DNA of 64,000 nucleotides from Vulcanimicrobiota bacterium (GTDB lineage Bacteria; Vulcanimicrobiota; Vulcanimicrobiia; Vulcanimicrobiales; Vulcanimicrobiaceae): NCBI GenBank assembly GCA_963703305.1, contig OY969808.1, positions 2,903,422 to 2,967,421 of the forward strand, read 5' to 3'. Shown piece by piece: positions 1 to 8,137 of this stretch (position 1 is its first letter; each line of letters starts with the position of its first letter). The notes under the pieces were generated by a model. It saw only the letters and a program-made list of their open reading frames with translations, ran no database searches and was not told where the DNA came from. The position numbers and the translations under genes were made by a program.

Positions 1-1391
1 CAGCCGCGCGCATCCGGCGTCGGCAGCGGATTGATGAGCGCGTGCAGCTTCTCGACGATCCGGCCTTGCACGGCCGCCGCGTTCTCGCCGCGCGCGACCA
101 CGACGTCGGCTTTGACCTTCACGGTCTTATAGCGAACCCAATCGACCTCGCACACGATGCCGAGCGGACGCCGCTCGTCGACCGTCGTGCGGATGGACTC
201 GAGCGTATCGGCCGTTTGGATGACTTGCAGGGCTGCCGCCGTGACGGCACCGGTCGTACGCGCTTCCAACTCCAGAAACTCCGGCACCAGCAATACCGCG
301 ACCGTGCCGGGATCCGCGTAGTTCCATAGCTCGTGCTTGGGATAGGCGCGGGCGCGCGCGACGCTGGCGTTGCGGCAGGCGATCAGTTCGAAATCGCGCG
401 CGGTGACCGCTCGCTGCAGCGAATGGAATTCGCGCGGCCCGCGCGCGAGCGCGTTGGCCAGCGTTTCACCACTGCGTCCGCCGGAGGCTGCGGCCGGATT
501 GGTGACGGCGAGCGCGGCGCCGGCAACCTGATCCTTCAGCGTCGTCAGGCTTCCCGCGACGACGTTGCCGGCCGAACCGCCGCCGGTTGCGTAACTCGCA
601 GCGATCTTTTTGCCTGCCGGCGGAACGCGGCCGATAAATGACGGCGCTTCCGCCAGTTGGCCGCCGTCGCTCTCGCGAAGCTGCGGGGCAAACGTGATTT
701 GACCGCTCGCGCGGTCGCAGACGTACACGCCGGCTTGCGGATCGGCGTCGGCGAACGAATCGACTTCGCGCCAGATCTCGTACGCGACGCCGTCGATTAC
801 GCGCGCATCGCTGCGGGCGAGCGACGTGGTATCGCCCATTTCGACGGCGATCTGCACGTCGAACGAGGTATGGCTCGGGCCGACGATCGGAACGTGCGCG
901 ACGTAGTACGTTTGACTGCCTTCGCCCGTCCCCGTGCCGATGATCTCGTTCTCGGTGCGGTCGGCTTGAATGGCGACTGCGTTGACGGTCGTCTGCCCCG
1001 GTGCGATCGTCGCGTCGTCGACGGTTGAGAACACGATCTCCGCGGTGCCGCCGGAGAGGCGCGACGCGCCGACGCGCGTTCCCCGCGGAATGACGATCTT
1101 CGCAGCGGCCGGCTGCTGCGAGGTGAACGCCAGCGTTACGGTCGCCGCACTGGGCGGATAGAGCGTCGCACCGATCAGGTTCAAGAACTCGACGTATGCT
1201 TTTTCGGGAATGCGGTTAAAGCGGAAGAGCATCTGCTCGGCGATATAGGCAAACGCATCGATCAGCACCATGCCCGGATCGCCCGGTGCCGGATCTTTCC
1301 ACGCGTTGCCCTCGGCCTTGATGCGTGCGACCGCGCCGGCCACGAGTTGGTCGAAGGTCCGATCGTCGAGGTTGGGACTCGGAAGCGGCAC
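1..1391 (-). CDS. baseplate J-like protein (Afp11 / phage gp6-gpJ family), truncated by left window edge
   Basis: Not in the ORF track because it runs off the edge. My reverse translation from GTG at 1391 gives VPLPSPNLDDRTFDQLVAGAVARIKAEG..IDAFAYIAEQMLFRFNRIPEKAYVEFLNLIG.., typical of a baseplate J N-terminus. Open frame to position 1. Starts 1 nt after the gp25-like stop. Confidence 0.8.
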   Translation of the reverse strand, partial: MPLPSPNLDDRTFDQLVAGAVARIKAEGNAWKDPAPGDPGMVLIDAFAYIAEQMLFRFNRIPEKAYVEFLNLIGATLYPPSAATVTLAFTSQQPAAAKIVIPRGTRVGASRLSGGTAEIVFSTVDDATIAPGQTTVNAVAIQADRTENEIIGTGTGEGSQTYYVAHVPIVGPSHTSFDVQIAVEMGDTTSLARSDARVIDGVAYEIWREVDSFADADPQAGVYVCDRASGQITFAPQLRESDGGQLAEAPSFIGRVPPAGKKIAASYATGGGSAGNVVAGSLTTLKDQVAGAALAVTNPAAASGGRSGETLANALARGPREFHSLQRAVTARDFELIACRNASVARARAYPKHELWNYADPGTVAVLLVPEFLELEARTTGAVTAAALQVIQTADTLESIRTTVDERRPLGIVCEVDWVRYKTVKVKADVVVARGENAAAVQGRIVEKLHALINPLPTPDARG

Positions 1392-1392
1392 G

Positions 1393-1806
1393 TTAGACCT
1401 GCAGCTGCACGGGGACGGAGACGGCATCGACGACCGCCGTCGTTCGGGAGCGGTACGTCACGTCGACGACCAGCCGCGTCATGTCGTCGACGTCCGGACC
1501 GGCGCCGATGGAGACGATCTCGACGCGCGGTTCCCACCGTTCGATGGCCGTTCGCACCTCGTGCATCGCCAAGCCGGCGGTGGTGTCGTCGTTTGGAGCG
1601 AAAACGAAACGCTCCAGCGGGCATCCGTACGTCGGCCGCATAACCCGTTCTCCCGGGGTCGTCGAGAGCAGCAGCAGAATCGACTGACGGATTGCGAGGT
1701 CGTCACTGACCGTATCGATGCGGCCGTTCGGCGTTACTTGGAATCCGGATGCGGCGCCGCTTTCGCTGACGGCGAATCGCAGGGTGGTGTAGCGGGCTTG
1801 CGTCAC
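1393..1806 (-). CDS. gp25-like baseplate wedge protein (GPW/gp25 family, Afp9-like)
   Basis: ORF 1393..2001, trimmed to the GTG at 1806 that overlaps the upstream TGA (GTGA). Sequence ..DDLAIRQSILLLLSTTPGERVMRPTYGCPLERFVFAPND..MHEVRTAIERWEPRVEIV.. matches the gp25 lysozyme-like fold family. Confidence 0.85.
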   Translation of the reverse strand: MTQARYTTLRFAVSESGAASGFQVTPNGRIDTVSDDLAIRQSILLLLSTTPGERVMRPTYGCPLERFVFAPNDDTTAGLAMHEVRTAIERWEPRVEIVSIGAGPDVDDMTRLVVDVTYRSRTTAVVDAVSVPVQLQV

Positions 1807-2153
1807 GTTGCGATACTCACGTGGGCTTGCCCGGCATCGGCAACGGTATAGAACACCGTTCCGGGAGGCGTTCCGTCGGTGTGGCCTTTTACGGTTGCGA
1901 GACACACGGCGTGGCCGTCGATCTTCACGAACGTCGAATAGCCTTCTTCGACAACGAGCGTGTGAGAGCACGGCTTGGTGGCCGGGGTGAGATTCGGACA
2001 CATGTGAATCGTCCTGCCCTGCGGATCCGTGGCCACGAGCATCTTTCTGCCGTCGATCGTCACCAGCGTTTGCGACGGCTTGTTTTCAACTTTGCCGAGA
2101 TGATCGCACTGCAGCTTTGCATCTTCGGTAATGACGAGCGGTGCGCTGCTCAC
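1803..2153 (-). CDS. PAAR-like / spike-tip small protein (Afp10 position)
   Basis: 116 aa. GTG start overlaps the VgrG-like stop. Two ..TIDGRKMLV.. / ..KIDGHAVCL.. beta-repeat motifs plus several Cys/His. Sits between the spike and gp25 genes. Confidence 0.5.
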   Translation of the reverse strand: MSSAPLVITEDAKLQCDHLGKVENKPSQTLVTIDGRKMLVATDPQGRTIHMCPNLTPATKPCSHTLVVEEGYSTFVKIDGHAVCLATVKGHTDGTPPGTVFYTVADAGQAHVSIAT

Positions 2154-3613
2154 GTCGTTTCGAACTCCACTTGTTTCGCGCCGATCGAAATCGTTTTGCC
2201 GGGCGCCTCGATGCGAAGATCGGTCTCGCTGTGCAGGGTGCTTTGCTTCTGGCCGAGTTCGAGCTTCGTGCCGCCGGGCGTGCGCAGCGTCATCGCACCG
2301 TCGTCGTCGAGTTCGATGACGTGTCCGCCCGGCGAGAAGAAGGCGTAGCCGGCGAACGGCCGCGCGCGATCCCCCGGCATTCCGTCTTGTCCGTACAACG
2401 CACCGATGATGATGCCGTGCGCGGGGTCGTCATCCAGGCCGATCACGAGCACGCGATCGCCCTCGGCCGGCAGCGCGACCAATCCTTTCTTTCCGCCCGC
2501 GCCGGCGGCGAGCACCTGCAGCCAGTCACTCTCCGCGTCGTCGACGGCGGGATAGCGCACCTTCACGCGCCCGAGATTCTCGGGATCGCGCACGTCGGCG
2601 ACGACGCCGAGCGTGGCGATCGCTCGATCGCGCGGCGCGTGTCCCGGCGGCAGCGCCGACGACAGCTCCACGACGTAGCCGAGCTCCGGTGAGAGCTTGT
2701 GGCAGACGCTGGTCAATCGGAAGGGCCCCGCATATGCGCCGGGCAGATCTTTGATGCGCACGCAAAGACCGGGCGCAAGCGCGGGATCGCCTTCCGCAAC
2801 GGCTTGCAGCGCCGCCGCAGCGGCGGAACGGCGTTCGATTTGCGAGCGCGCGTAGGCGTCGGCTTCGCGATCGGAACGCAGGACGACGTTGGTGATCGTT
2901 ACGGCCGCGGATGAATCCGCTTGCTGCGCGGCGTGCCCGCGGCGTTCGCGGGCGATATGCGGATCCCAGCCGCAGACGTCGACCGTCGCGACCGCGGTCG
3001 CATCGCTGAGCAAAATGCGGGCTTCGCGCAGATCGGTGCCGAGGGCGAGTGCGAGCGTCGCGGCGGCCGGGGCGGCGCTGCACGAATGCAACGTGGTTCC
3101 CTCGAGCCAAACGTAGACGCCGGCGCGCTCGGCGGCATCGACCAACAGATCGAAATCGCTACGCCGGTGCTGCACCAAGCGCGCAAACACGGGCCCGGTC
3201 ACGTCGAGGTCGGCGCTTATGCCGGCCGAAGCGGTCAGCTCGCGCGCCAGCTCCGAAAACGTCACGTTGGTATGGACGCGTACCGGCGATCCGTGGCGCA
3301 GCGAGTCCAGCGCATCGGTGGCCAGGACGCGGATGGTTCGGACGAGCGCGCCGCGGGCTTCGAATTCGACCGCAGCGACGGCGCCCGAAAAGATCTGCTT
3401 CTGCTGCGCACCGACTCGCACGTTCAGCGCATGCCCTCGTGCAAACGTCTGCATCGCGCGACCGCCGGCGTCGCTGAATTCGAGCTCGCAGGATGCCGGG
3501 GCGTTCACGCGCTGCGTTACTTCGAGGCGCACGAGCTGCGACATCAGCGTCTCGTCGACCGCCGAGCCCCCGGCGCTGACGACGACGGCAGGGAGCGCTT
3601 CGATGACGATCAT
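2150..3613 (-). CDS. gpD / VgrG-like spike-hub protein (Afp8-like)
   Basis: ORF 2150..3709 trimmed to the ATG at 3613 (ATGA overlap with the LysM gene stop). N-terminal late-control-D-like region. gpV/gp5 OB motif ..VADVRDPENLGRVKVRYPAVDDAESDWLQVL..GDRVLVIGLDDDPAHGIIIGALYG.. C-terminal beta-helix-like tail. Confidence 0.85.
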   Translation of the reverse strand: MIVIEALPAVVVSAGGSAVDETLMSQLVRLEVTQRVNAPASCELEFSDAGGRAMQTFARGHALNVRVGAQQKQIFSGAVAAVEFEARGALVRTIRVLATDALDSLRHGSPVRVHTNVTFSELARELTASAGISADLDVTGPVFARLVQHRRSDFDLLVDAAERAGVYVWLEGTTLHSCSAAPAAATLALALGTDLREARILLSDATAVATVDVCGWDPHIARERRGHAAQQADSSAAVTITNVVLRSDREADAYARSQIERRSAAAAALQAVAEGDPALAPGLCVRIKDLPGAYAGPFRLTSVCHKLSPELGYVVELSSALPPGHAPRDRAIATLGVVADVRDPENLGRVKVRYPAVDDAESDWLQVLAAGAGGKKGLVALPAEGDRVLVIGLDDDPAHGIIIGALYGQDGMPGDRARPFAGYAFFSPGGHVIELDDDGAMTLRTPGGTKLELGQKQSTLHSETDLRIEAPGKTISIGAKQVEFETT

Positions 3614-4353
3614 GCCGGCGTCCCCGCGGCGGGCGGAATGCGCAGCGTGGTACCGGGCGGAATGCGCGCCGGATCGTCGATCGCGTTGTATTGGGCGATC
3701 TGGCGCCACAACGACGGGTCGCCGTAGTAGCGCGAAGCAAGATTATCCAATCGCTGTCCGGCGACCGTGTCGTTCGCAACTTGCGATCCTGCGACGACGT
3801 GGTCTTTGGCGCGCTCGCGCCCGGCGTCGCTTAAGTCGAGCGCGGGCGGTGGTGCCGGTTTCGCGTCCGAAGGCCGCGTTTCCAAGACGCGCAAGAAACG
3901 CATCGTCATCCAGGAACGCTGCGGTACGCCGCCCTGCGAAAAGTGCTCGAGGCGCTCGCTAACGGCGGCCACGACGCCGCGAACGTTCCACGCTTTGCCC
4001 CAGATGAAACGCGCGACCGGCAGCTTTCCCGGCTCGGCGGCGTTTTCCGAAAGCGTGAAGAACGGTGCGGTCAAATCGCGGACGTCGCGCTCCTGCGATG
4101 CGTCGAGCGCTGCCGGCGTCGCGCGCATCGCGGAGTGGAGGGGCGCGTCGAAGAGCAGCTCGAGCTGCAGTTCCGTGCGGCCGCCGGCGGTATAGAGCAG
4201 CGGGGCATCGGCCGCGCCCCGCCGCGAGAAAGCGCCGCTGACCGTGCGCTCGGGAATGATTCCGGCGGTGCGCGAGACGACGAGCGACACCGGATTGAGC
4301 AGGCACGAGATGGACTCGCCTGTCGATTCGATGACGAAGCCTACACGTACCAC
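3610..4353 (-). CDS. tube-like N-domain plus C-terminal LysM protein (Afp7 / P2 gpX-like tube initiator)
   Basis: 247 aa. C-terminal LysM motif ..YYGDPSLWRQIAQYNAIDDPARIPPGTTLRIPP. Lies directly upstream of the gpD-like gene, as in P2 and Afp. Confidence 0.8.
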   Translation of the reverse strand: MVRVGFVIESTGESISCLLNPVSLVVSRTAGIIPERTVSGAFSRRGAADAPLLYTAGGRTELQLELLFDAPLHSAMRATPAALDASQERDVRDLTAPFFTLSENAAEPGKLPVARFIWGKAWNVRGVVAAVSERLEHFSQGGVPQRSWMTMRFLRVLETRPSDAKPAPPPALDLSDAGRERAKDHVVAGSQVANDTVAGQRLDNLASRYYGDPSLWRQIAQYNAIDDPARIPPGTTLRIPPAAGTPA

Positions 4354-5315
4354 GCGTTCTCCAGACGTTCGCGCAGCGGCGCGCGTTGCGTGACCGGCTC
4401 ATCCCACTGCACCGGCCATACGGGCAGCTCCGGCCAGGTGTGAGCCTGCGGTTGCGCCGCGGCCGCGTCCGGCGCGGCTGCCGGTGCCGGTGCGCTTGCG
4501 GGTGTCGCGTGCACCGTCGCGGGCGCGGCGGGCTCGTGTGACGCAATGGCGTGAGCGGGAGTTGGCGCGGCGTGAGCGGATTGCGCGGTTGCGGGGCTCG
4601 CGGTCACGGGCGGGTGGCCGGCGGTGATGACGACCGGTGCGCGCGGGAGTCGATCCAGTGCGGCGTTTGGTTGCGCCGCGGGCGTGGGCGTAAGGTGCGC
4701 GTCGTGCAGCGCTTGCTGGTCGATGGTCCCCGATTGCGCGGGGGAGACCGGCAGTAGTTCGGCTCCCGGCGACGCCGCGGGTGCGTGCGGTTCGTCGTGA
4801 TGCCGCGCGAGGAATTCGGTCAACTGCGTGCGATCCATCGTGCCGCCGTGCGCTGGCGACGCTTCGAGCAGTTCCTGTTCCGGCGTGAGTTGCGGAGCGG
4901 GTGTTGGCGCGAGGTGCAACGCTTCAAATGCCGCGCGATCGATCGTTCCTTGCAGCGGCGCGGTGCTCCCGATGGGGCTCGGTGCGGCTGGACCCGGCGG
5001 CGCACTCGCGGCCGTTGCATCCGGCGATGCACTCGTCGCCGCCGCAGGTGCCGGCGTCGCGGCCGACGCGCCGGGCGTGGGCGTAGGAACAGGCGCCGCC
5101 GGCGCGGGCGCGGATACAGCACCCGGTGCGGCGGCGGGCGGTGCGGCAGCGGCGGTGGGCGCGGACGACGGCTGCGCACGAAAACGTGCGACGAGCGTTG
5201 CCGAGTCGGGCAACGCTTCGCTCGCATCGTGCGGCCCCGCACCGGCTAACGCATCGATCAGGAATCCGGCGATCGCGACGACGGCGTCGCTTACGGCACG
5301 GAGGAACGCTCCCAC
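4341..5315 (-). CDS. Pro/Ala-rich repeat protein in tape-measure position (function inferred from synteny only)
   Basis: 324 aa. GTG start 1 nt after the tube stop; overlaps the LysM gene by 13 nt. Low-complexity A/P tracts, three copies of a GT(I/M)D(R/Q)xx(L/F)..L motif, and a conserved-looking C-terminus WPELPVWPVQWDEPV..LENAWYV. Confidence 0.55.
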   Translation of the reverse strand: MGAFLRAVSDAVVAIAGFLIDALAGAGPHDASEALPDSATLVARFRAQPSSAPTAAAAPPAAAPGAVSAPAPAAPVPTPTPGASAATPAPAAATSASPDATAASAPPGPAAPSPIGSTAPLQGTIDRAAFEALHLAPTPAPQLTPEQELLEASPAHGGTMDRTQLTEFLARHHDEPHAPAASPGAELLPVSPAQSGTIDQQALHDAHLTPTPAAQPNAALDRLPRAPVVITAGHPPVTASPATAQSAHAAPTPAHAIASHEPAAPATVHATPASAPAPAAAPDAAAAQPQAHTWPELPVWPVQWDEPVTQRAPLRERLENAWYV

Positions 5316-5316
5316 G

Positions 5317-5754
5317 TCACGCGCGTTCCAAGTACTGGTACACGAGCGTCACTTGTTCGACCGCGATCGTTTGCCCGGACGCGGCGAGCGGCGCGCCGGT
5401 CCACTCGGCGATCCACGCGTAGTTGAGGTTCCAACGAAACTGCTCGGCGCCGGTCGAGTCCAGCATGGCAACGGAAACGTTACGATAATCGATGCGCCCG
5501 TTAACGGCCGCCATGAACCAGTCCCACATTTCGGTCGACGTCGTGAGACCGTATTTCAAGGTGATGTTGCCGTAGGAGACGGGGCCGGGCAGTTTGTACG
5601 TGGTAGGCGTGTTTCCACCCTCGTTGTAGGTGATGATGCCGACCTTGACCATGAGCGAACTGCACTCGGTGAAGTGGCCTTCCGCGATGTTTCCGACGTA
5701 CAGCTTGAATGCATACGTGCGAAGCGGATCGGGAGGCACGCCGGTTTGTGCCAT
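5317..5754 (-). CDS. contractile tail tube protein (T4 gp19-like / Afp1-5 family)
   Basis: 145 aa. ..DPLRTYAFKLYVGNIAEGHFTECSSL..ITYNEGGN..YKLPGPVSYGNITLKYG..W.. is a classic tail tube signature. The ATG abuts the sheath stop. Confidence 0.9.
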   Translation of the reverse strand: MAQTGVPPDPLRTYAFKLYVGNIAEGHFTECSSLMVKVGIITYNEGGNTPTTYKLPGPVSYGNITLKYGLTTSTEMWDWFMAAVNGRIDYRNVSVAMLDSTGAEQFRWNLNYAWIAEWTGAPLAASGQTIAVEQVTLVYQYLERA

Positions 5755-7038
5755 TTAACTTCCTGCCTTTCCGGCTTTGCTTGCGTCGGCCGGCGTTTCG
5801 GTCGTGGTCGCGCCGCCGGCGCTCTGACCGATGCGGAAGATTACGAACTCCGCCGGTTTTACCGGCGCGATTCCAACCAGAATCACGACTTGACCGGCAT
5901 CGATCACGTCGGACGGATTCGTTTCCGCATCGCATTTTACGAAGAACGCCTGATCGGGCGTCGCGCCGCGCAGCGCCCCTTGGCGCCACAACAGCGTTAG
6001 GAACGCACCGACGTCGCGGCGGATGGCTTTCCACAGCACTTCGTCGTTCGGCTCGAACACGACCCAGCGTGTGCCTTGTTCGATCGATTTCTCGATCATA
6101 CAGAACAGCCGTCGCACCGGAACGTAGCGCCACTCCGCATCGGATGCGACGGTGCGCGCGCCCCACACCAAGATGCCTTCGCTTAAGCTGCGGATGCAGT
6201 TCACGCCCGCCGGATTGAGGACGCCTTGGTCCTGCGGCGGGACGGGGATGGTCAGGCCGCTGGCCCCGACGACGGGTTCGTTAGCGGGCGCTTTGAAAAC
6301 GCCGCGCGTCGCATCGACGCGCGCGTAGATTCCGGCGATATGCCCGGACGGCGGAACGTCGACCACGGCGCCGGTAATCGTGTCCTTGGCTTGAATCCAC
6401 GGATAATAGATCGCGCCGTAGCCGTTCTGCGATTTACGCGGCCCGAGCGCGGCATTCGGATCCGTGCCGGTATCGCCCGCTGCCGGCTTCGCCGCGCTCG
6501 ATTTTGCCGTCGGCGTCGTAGTCGCGGGCTGCGTCAGTTTTGTAATGTCGGGAACGTCTCGCGGGGTATCGAGAACCGCGACGCGATCCTTCATCGTTTC
6601 GCAATGCGACAGAAGCGCATCGTAGGAACCGGCGTCGGTCAGTCCCGGCGCGGCGACGATCGCGACGTCGTCGATCGTTTCCAGCAGATCGAGCCCGGCG
6701 CGTCCCCGCGTTCCGCCGGTAAGCGAGTTCTTTTCATCCAGCGCAACGACGTAGCAGCGCGAGCCGCCGTTGGCGAAGAATCCGAACACGGCTTGAAACA
6801 GCGCCGGCGTATCGGTGGGCGGACTGCTGCCGTCGAGCGGCGTTTTATACGCACTCTGCTCGACGATCTTCGTGCGAAACTCCGTGAGATTATTTATGCT
6901 TATGGCTTCGGTCGAGGGCGGATAGCCGCGGACGAATCCGAGAAACGCTGCCGTGCTGGTTCCGACCGCTTCGATCGGACGCGCGCCGGAAGCGACCTCC
7001 TCGACGTAGACTCCGGGAATCGTATAGCTTGTCGCCAT
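5755..7038 (-). CDS. contractile tail sheath protein
   Basis: 427 aa. The N-terminus MATSYTIPGVYVEEVASGARPIEAVGTSTAAFLGF is the canonical sheath start. C-terminal ..GVNCIRSLSEGILVWGARTV.. motif. Confidence 0.9.
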   Translation of the reverse strand: MATSYTIPGVYVEEVASGARPIEAVGTSTAAFLGFVRGYPPSTEAISINNLTEFRTKIVEQSAYKTPLDGSSPPTDTPALFQAVFGFFANGGSRCYVVALDEKNSLTGGTRGRAGLDLLETIDDVAIVAAPGLTDAGSYDALLSHCETMKDRVAVLDTPRDVPDITKLTQPATTTPTAKSSAAKPAAGDTGTDPNAALGPRKSQNGYGAIYYPWIQAKDTITGAVVDVPPSGHIAGIYARVDATRGVFKAPANEPVVGASGLTIPVPPQDQGVLNPAGVNCIRSLSEGILVWGARTVASDAEWRYVPVRRLFCMIEKSIEQGTRWVVFEPNDEVLWKAIRRDVGAFLTLLWRQGALRGATPDQAFFVKCDAETNPSDVIDAGQVVILVGIAPVKPAEFVIFRIGQSAGGATTTETPADASKAGKAGS

Positions 7039-7082
7039 GGGTTTGCCCCGTTAGCTTGTTGCGGTGTGAAGAATGTCTCGCG

Positions 7083-8009
7083 TCAAGTGTGCTTGATGAC
7101 CGGGAACGGGTGGACGGGGAACGGGTGAACGATCACCTGCCGCAAGCAGGCGCCGTTTTCGCGCACCGACGACCCGGGTTCGACCCACGTTCCTGAGGCC
7201 GGACTCAGGCTGGCAATGCCCCAGACGGTCCCCCCGACGCAAAAGACGCTGAGCGTCGGCGGAATCGGCACCAAACCTACGGCCGTAATGACGTTGTTCA
7301 CCGAGCTGCCGCGCGGCGGAAGCTGCGGAACTTGCGTTCCCTGCACGCGTACGCACACCGATACCGCTTGCGGCGACGTAGTGATCGGCGTCCCGGCCGC
7401 GACCGTTTGCGTAGCGATTTGTCCGACGGTGTTCGTCGGACCGTACACCGGGCAGTTACCATCGGTAATCGTCAGGTTCGCAAAGGAATCTTGGGCCGCC
7501 GCAAGCGTTTGTCCGCTCAAATCGGGCATCGTCGCAACCGACGCTTTTTTATGCGCCCCCACGTACCAAAACACGCCGACGAGAATCGCAATGAGCGCGA
7601 CGGCCGCGATAACGATCCACCATGGAAACGGCGCGTGCGTCGGGCCGGCGACCGAGTACGTGACGGTCGGCCCTTCGGTGAAGTCTACGTCGGGAGTGTC
7701 CGCCAGCGCCGCAATAAGTTGAAATGAATAATCTTTGGGCGCGGCACCGTTCCCGGGCGTAACGACGACCGTAACTTGCTGCGTGGTACCCGGAGAAAAT
7801 TCGAGCGACGGTGCGCCGCGGATCGAATACCACGCTTTGGTCGACGAATCGGAAGGCTTGATTGAAAACGCGGCGCGTCGCGCGCCACCCGAGACGTTGG
7901 TGACGGAATACGGAACTTCGGCAGTTCCATCTGCTCGTAAGTTGACTCGCGCGTTCGGAGTCGTGACTTGAAAAGACGGCAATCGACCCTCACTCCCCGG
8001 ATCAACCAA
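7083..8009 (-). CDS. single-pass membrane protein: N-terminal Ig-like domain, TM helix, two PASTA-like repeats
   Basis: 308 aa. TM segment WWIVIAAVALIAILVGVFWYV. PASTA-like segments MPDLSGQTLAAAQDSFANL..VGQIATQTVAAGTPITTSPQAVSVCV and VPQLPPRGSSVNNVITAVGL..VWGIASLSPASGTWVEPGSSV. Start uncertain: TTG at 8009, or TTG at 7982 preceded by GGGAG. Confidence 0.6.
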   Translation of the reverse strand: MVDPGSEGRLPSFQVTTPNARVNLRADGTAEVPYSVTNVSGGARRAAFSIKPSDSSTKAWYSIRGAPSLEFSPGTTQQVTVVVTPGNGAAPKDYSFQLIAALADTPDVDFTEGPTVTYSVAGPTHAPFPWWIVIAAVALIAILVGVFWYVGAHKKASVATMPDLSGQTLAAAQDSFANLTITDGNCPVYGPTNTVGQIATQTVAAGTPITTSPQAVSVCVRVQGTQVPQLPPRGSSVNNVITAVGLVPIPPTLSVFCVGGTVWGIASLSPASGTWVEPGSSVRENGACLRQVIVHPFPVHPFPVIKHT

Positions 8010-8137
8010 CCAGTTCCGAATCTAGCTCTCTATGTTTCGGACACCGTCGATTCTTCGGTGGGCCTTTAGACCCTAGGGTCCATCCGCTCGTTTGCCGGTT
8101 CATCAGGCGGCCCTTCGGCCGAACGCTTCCCGCTCGC

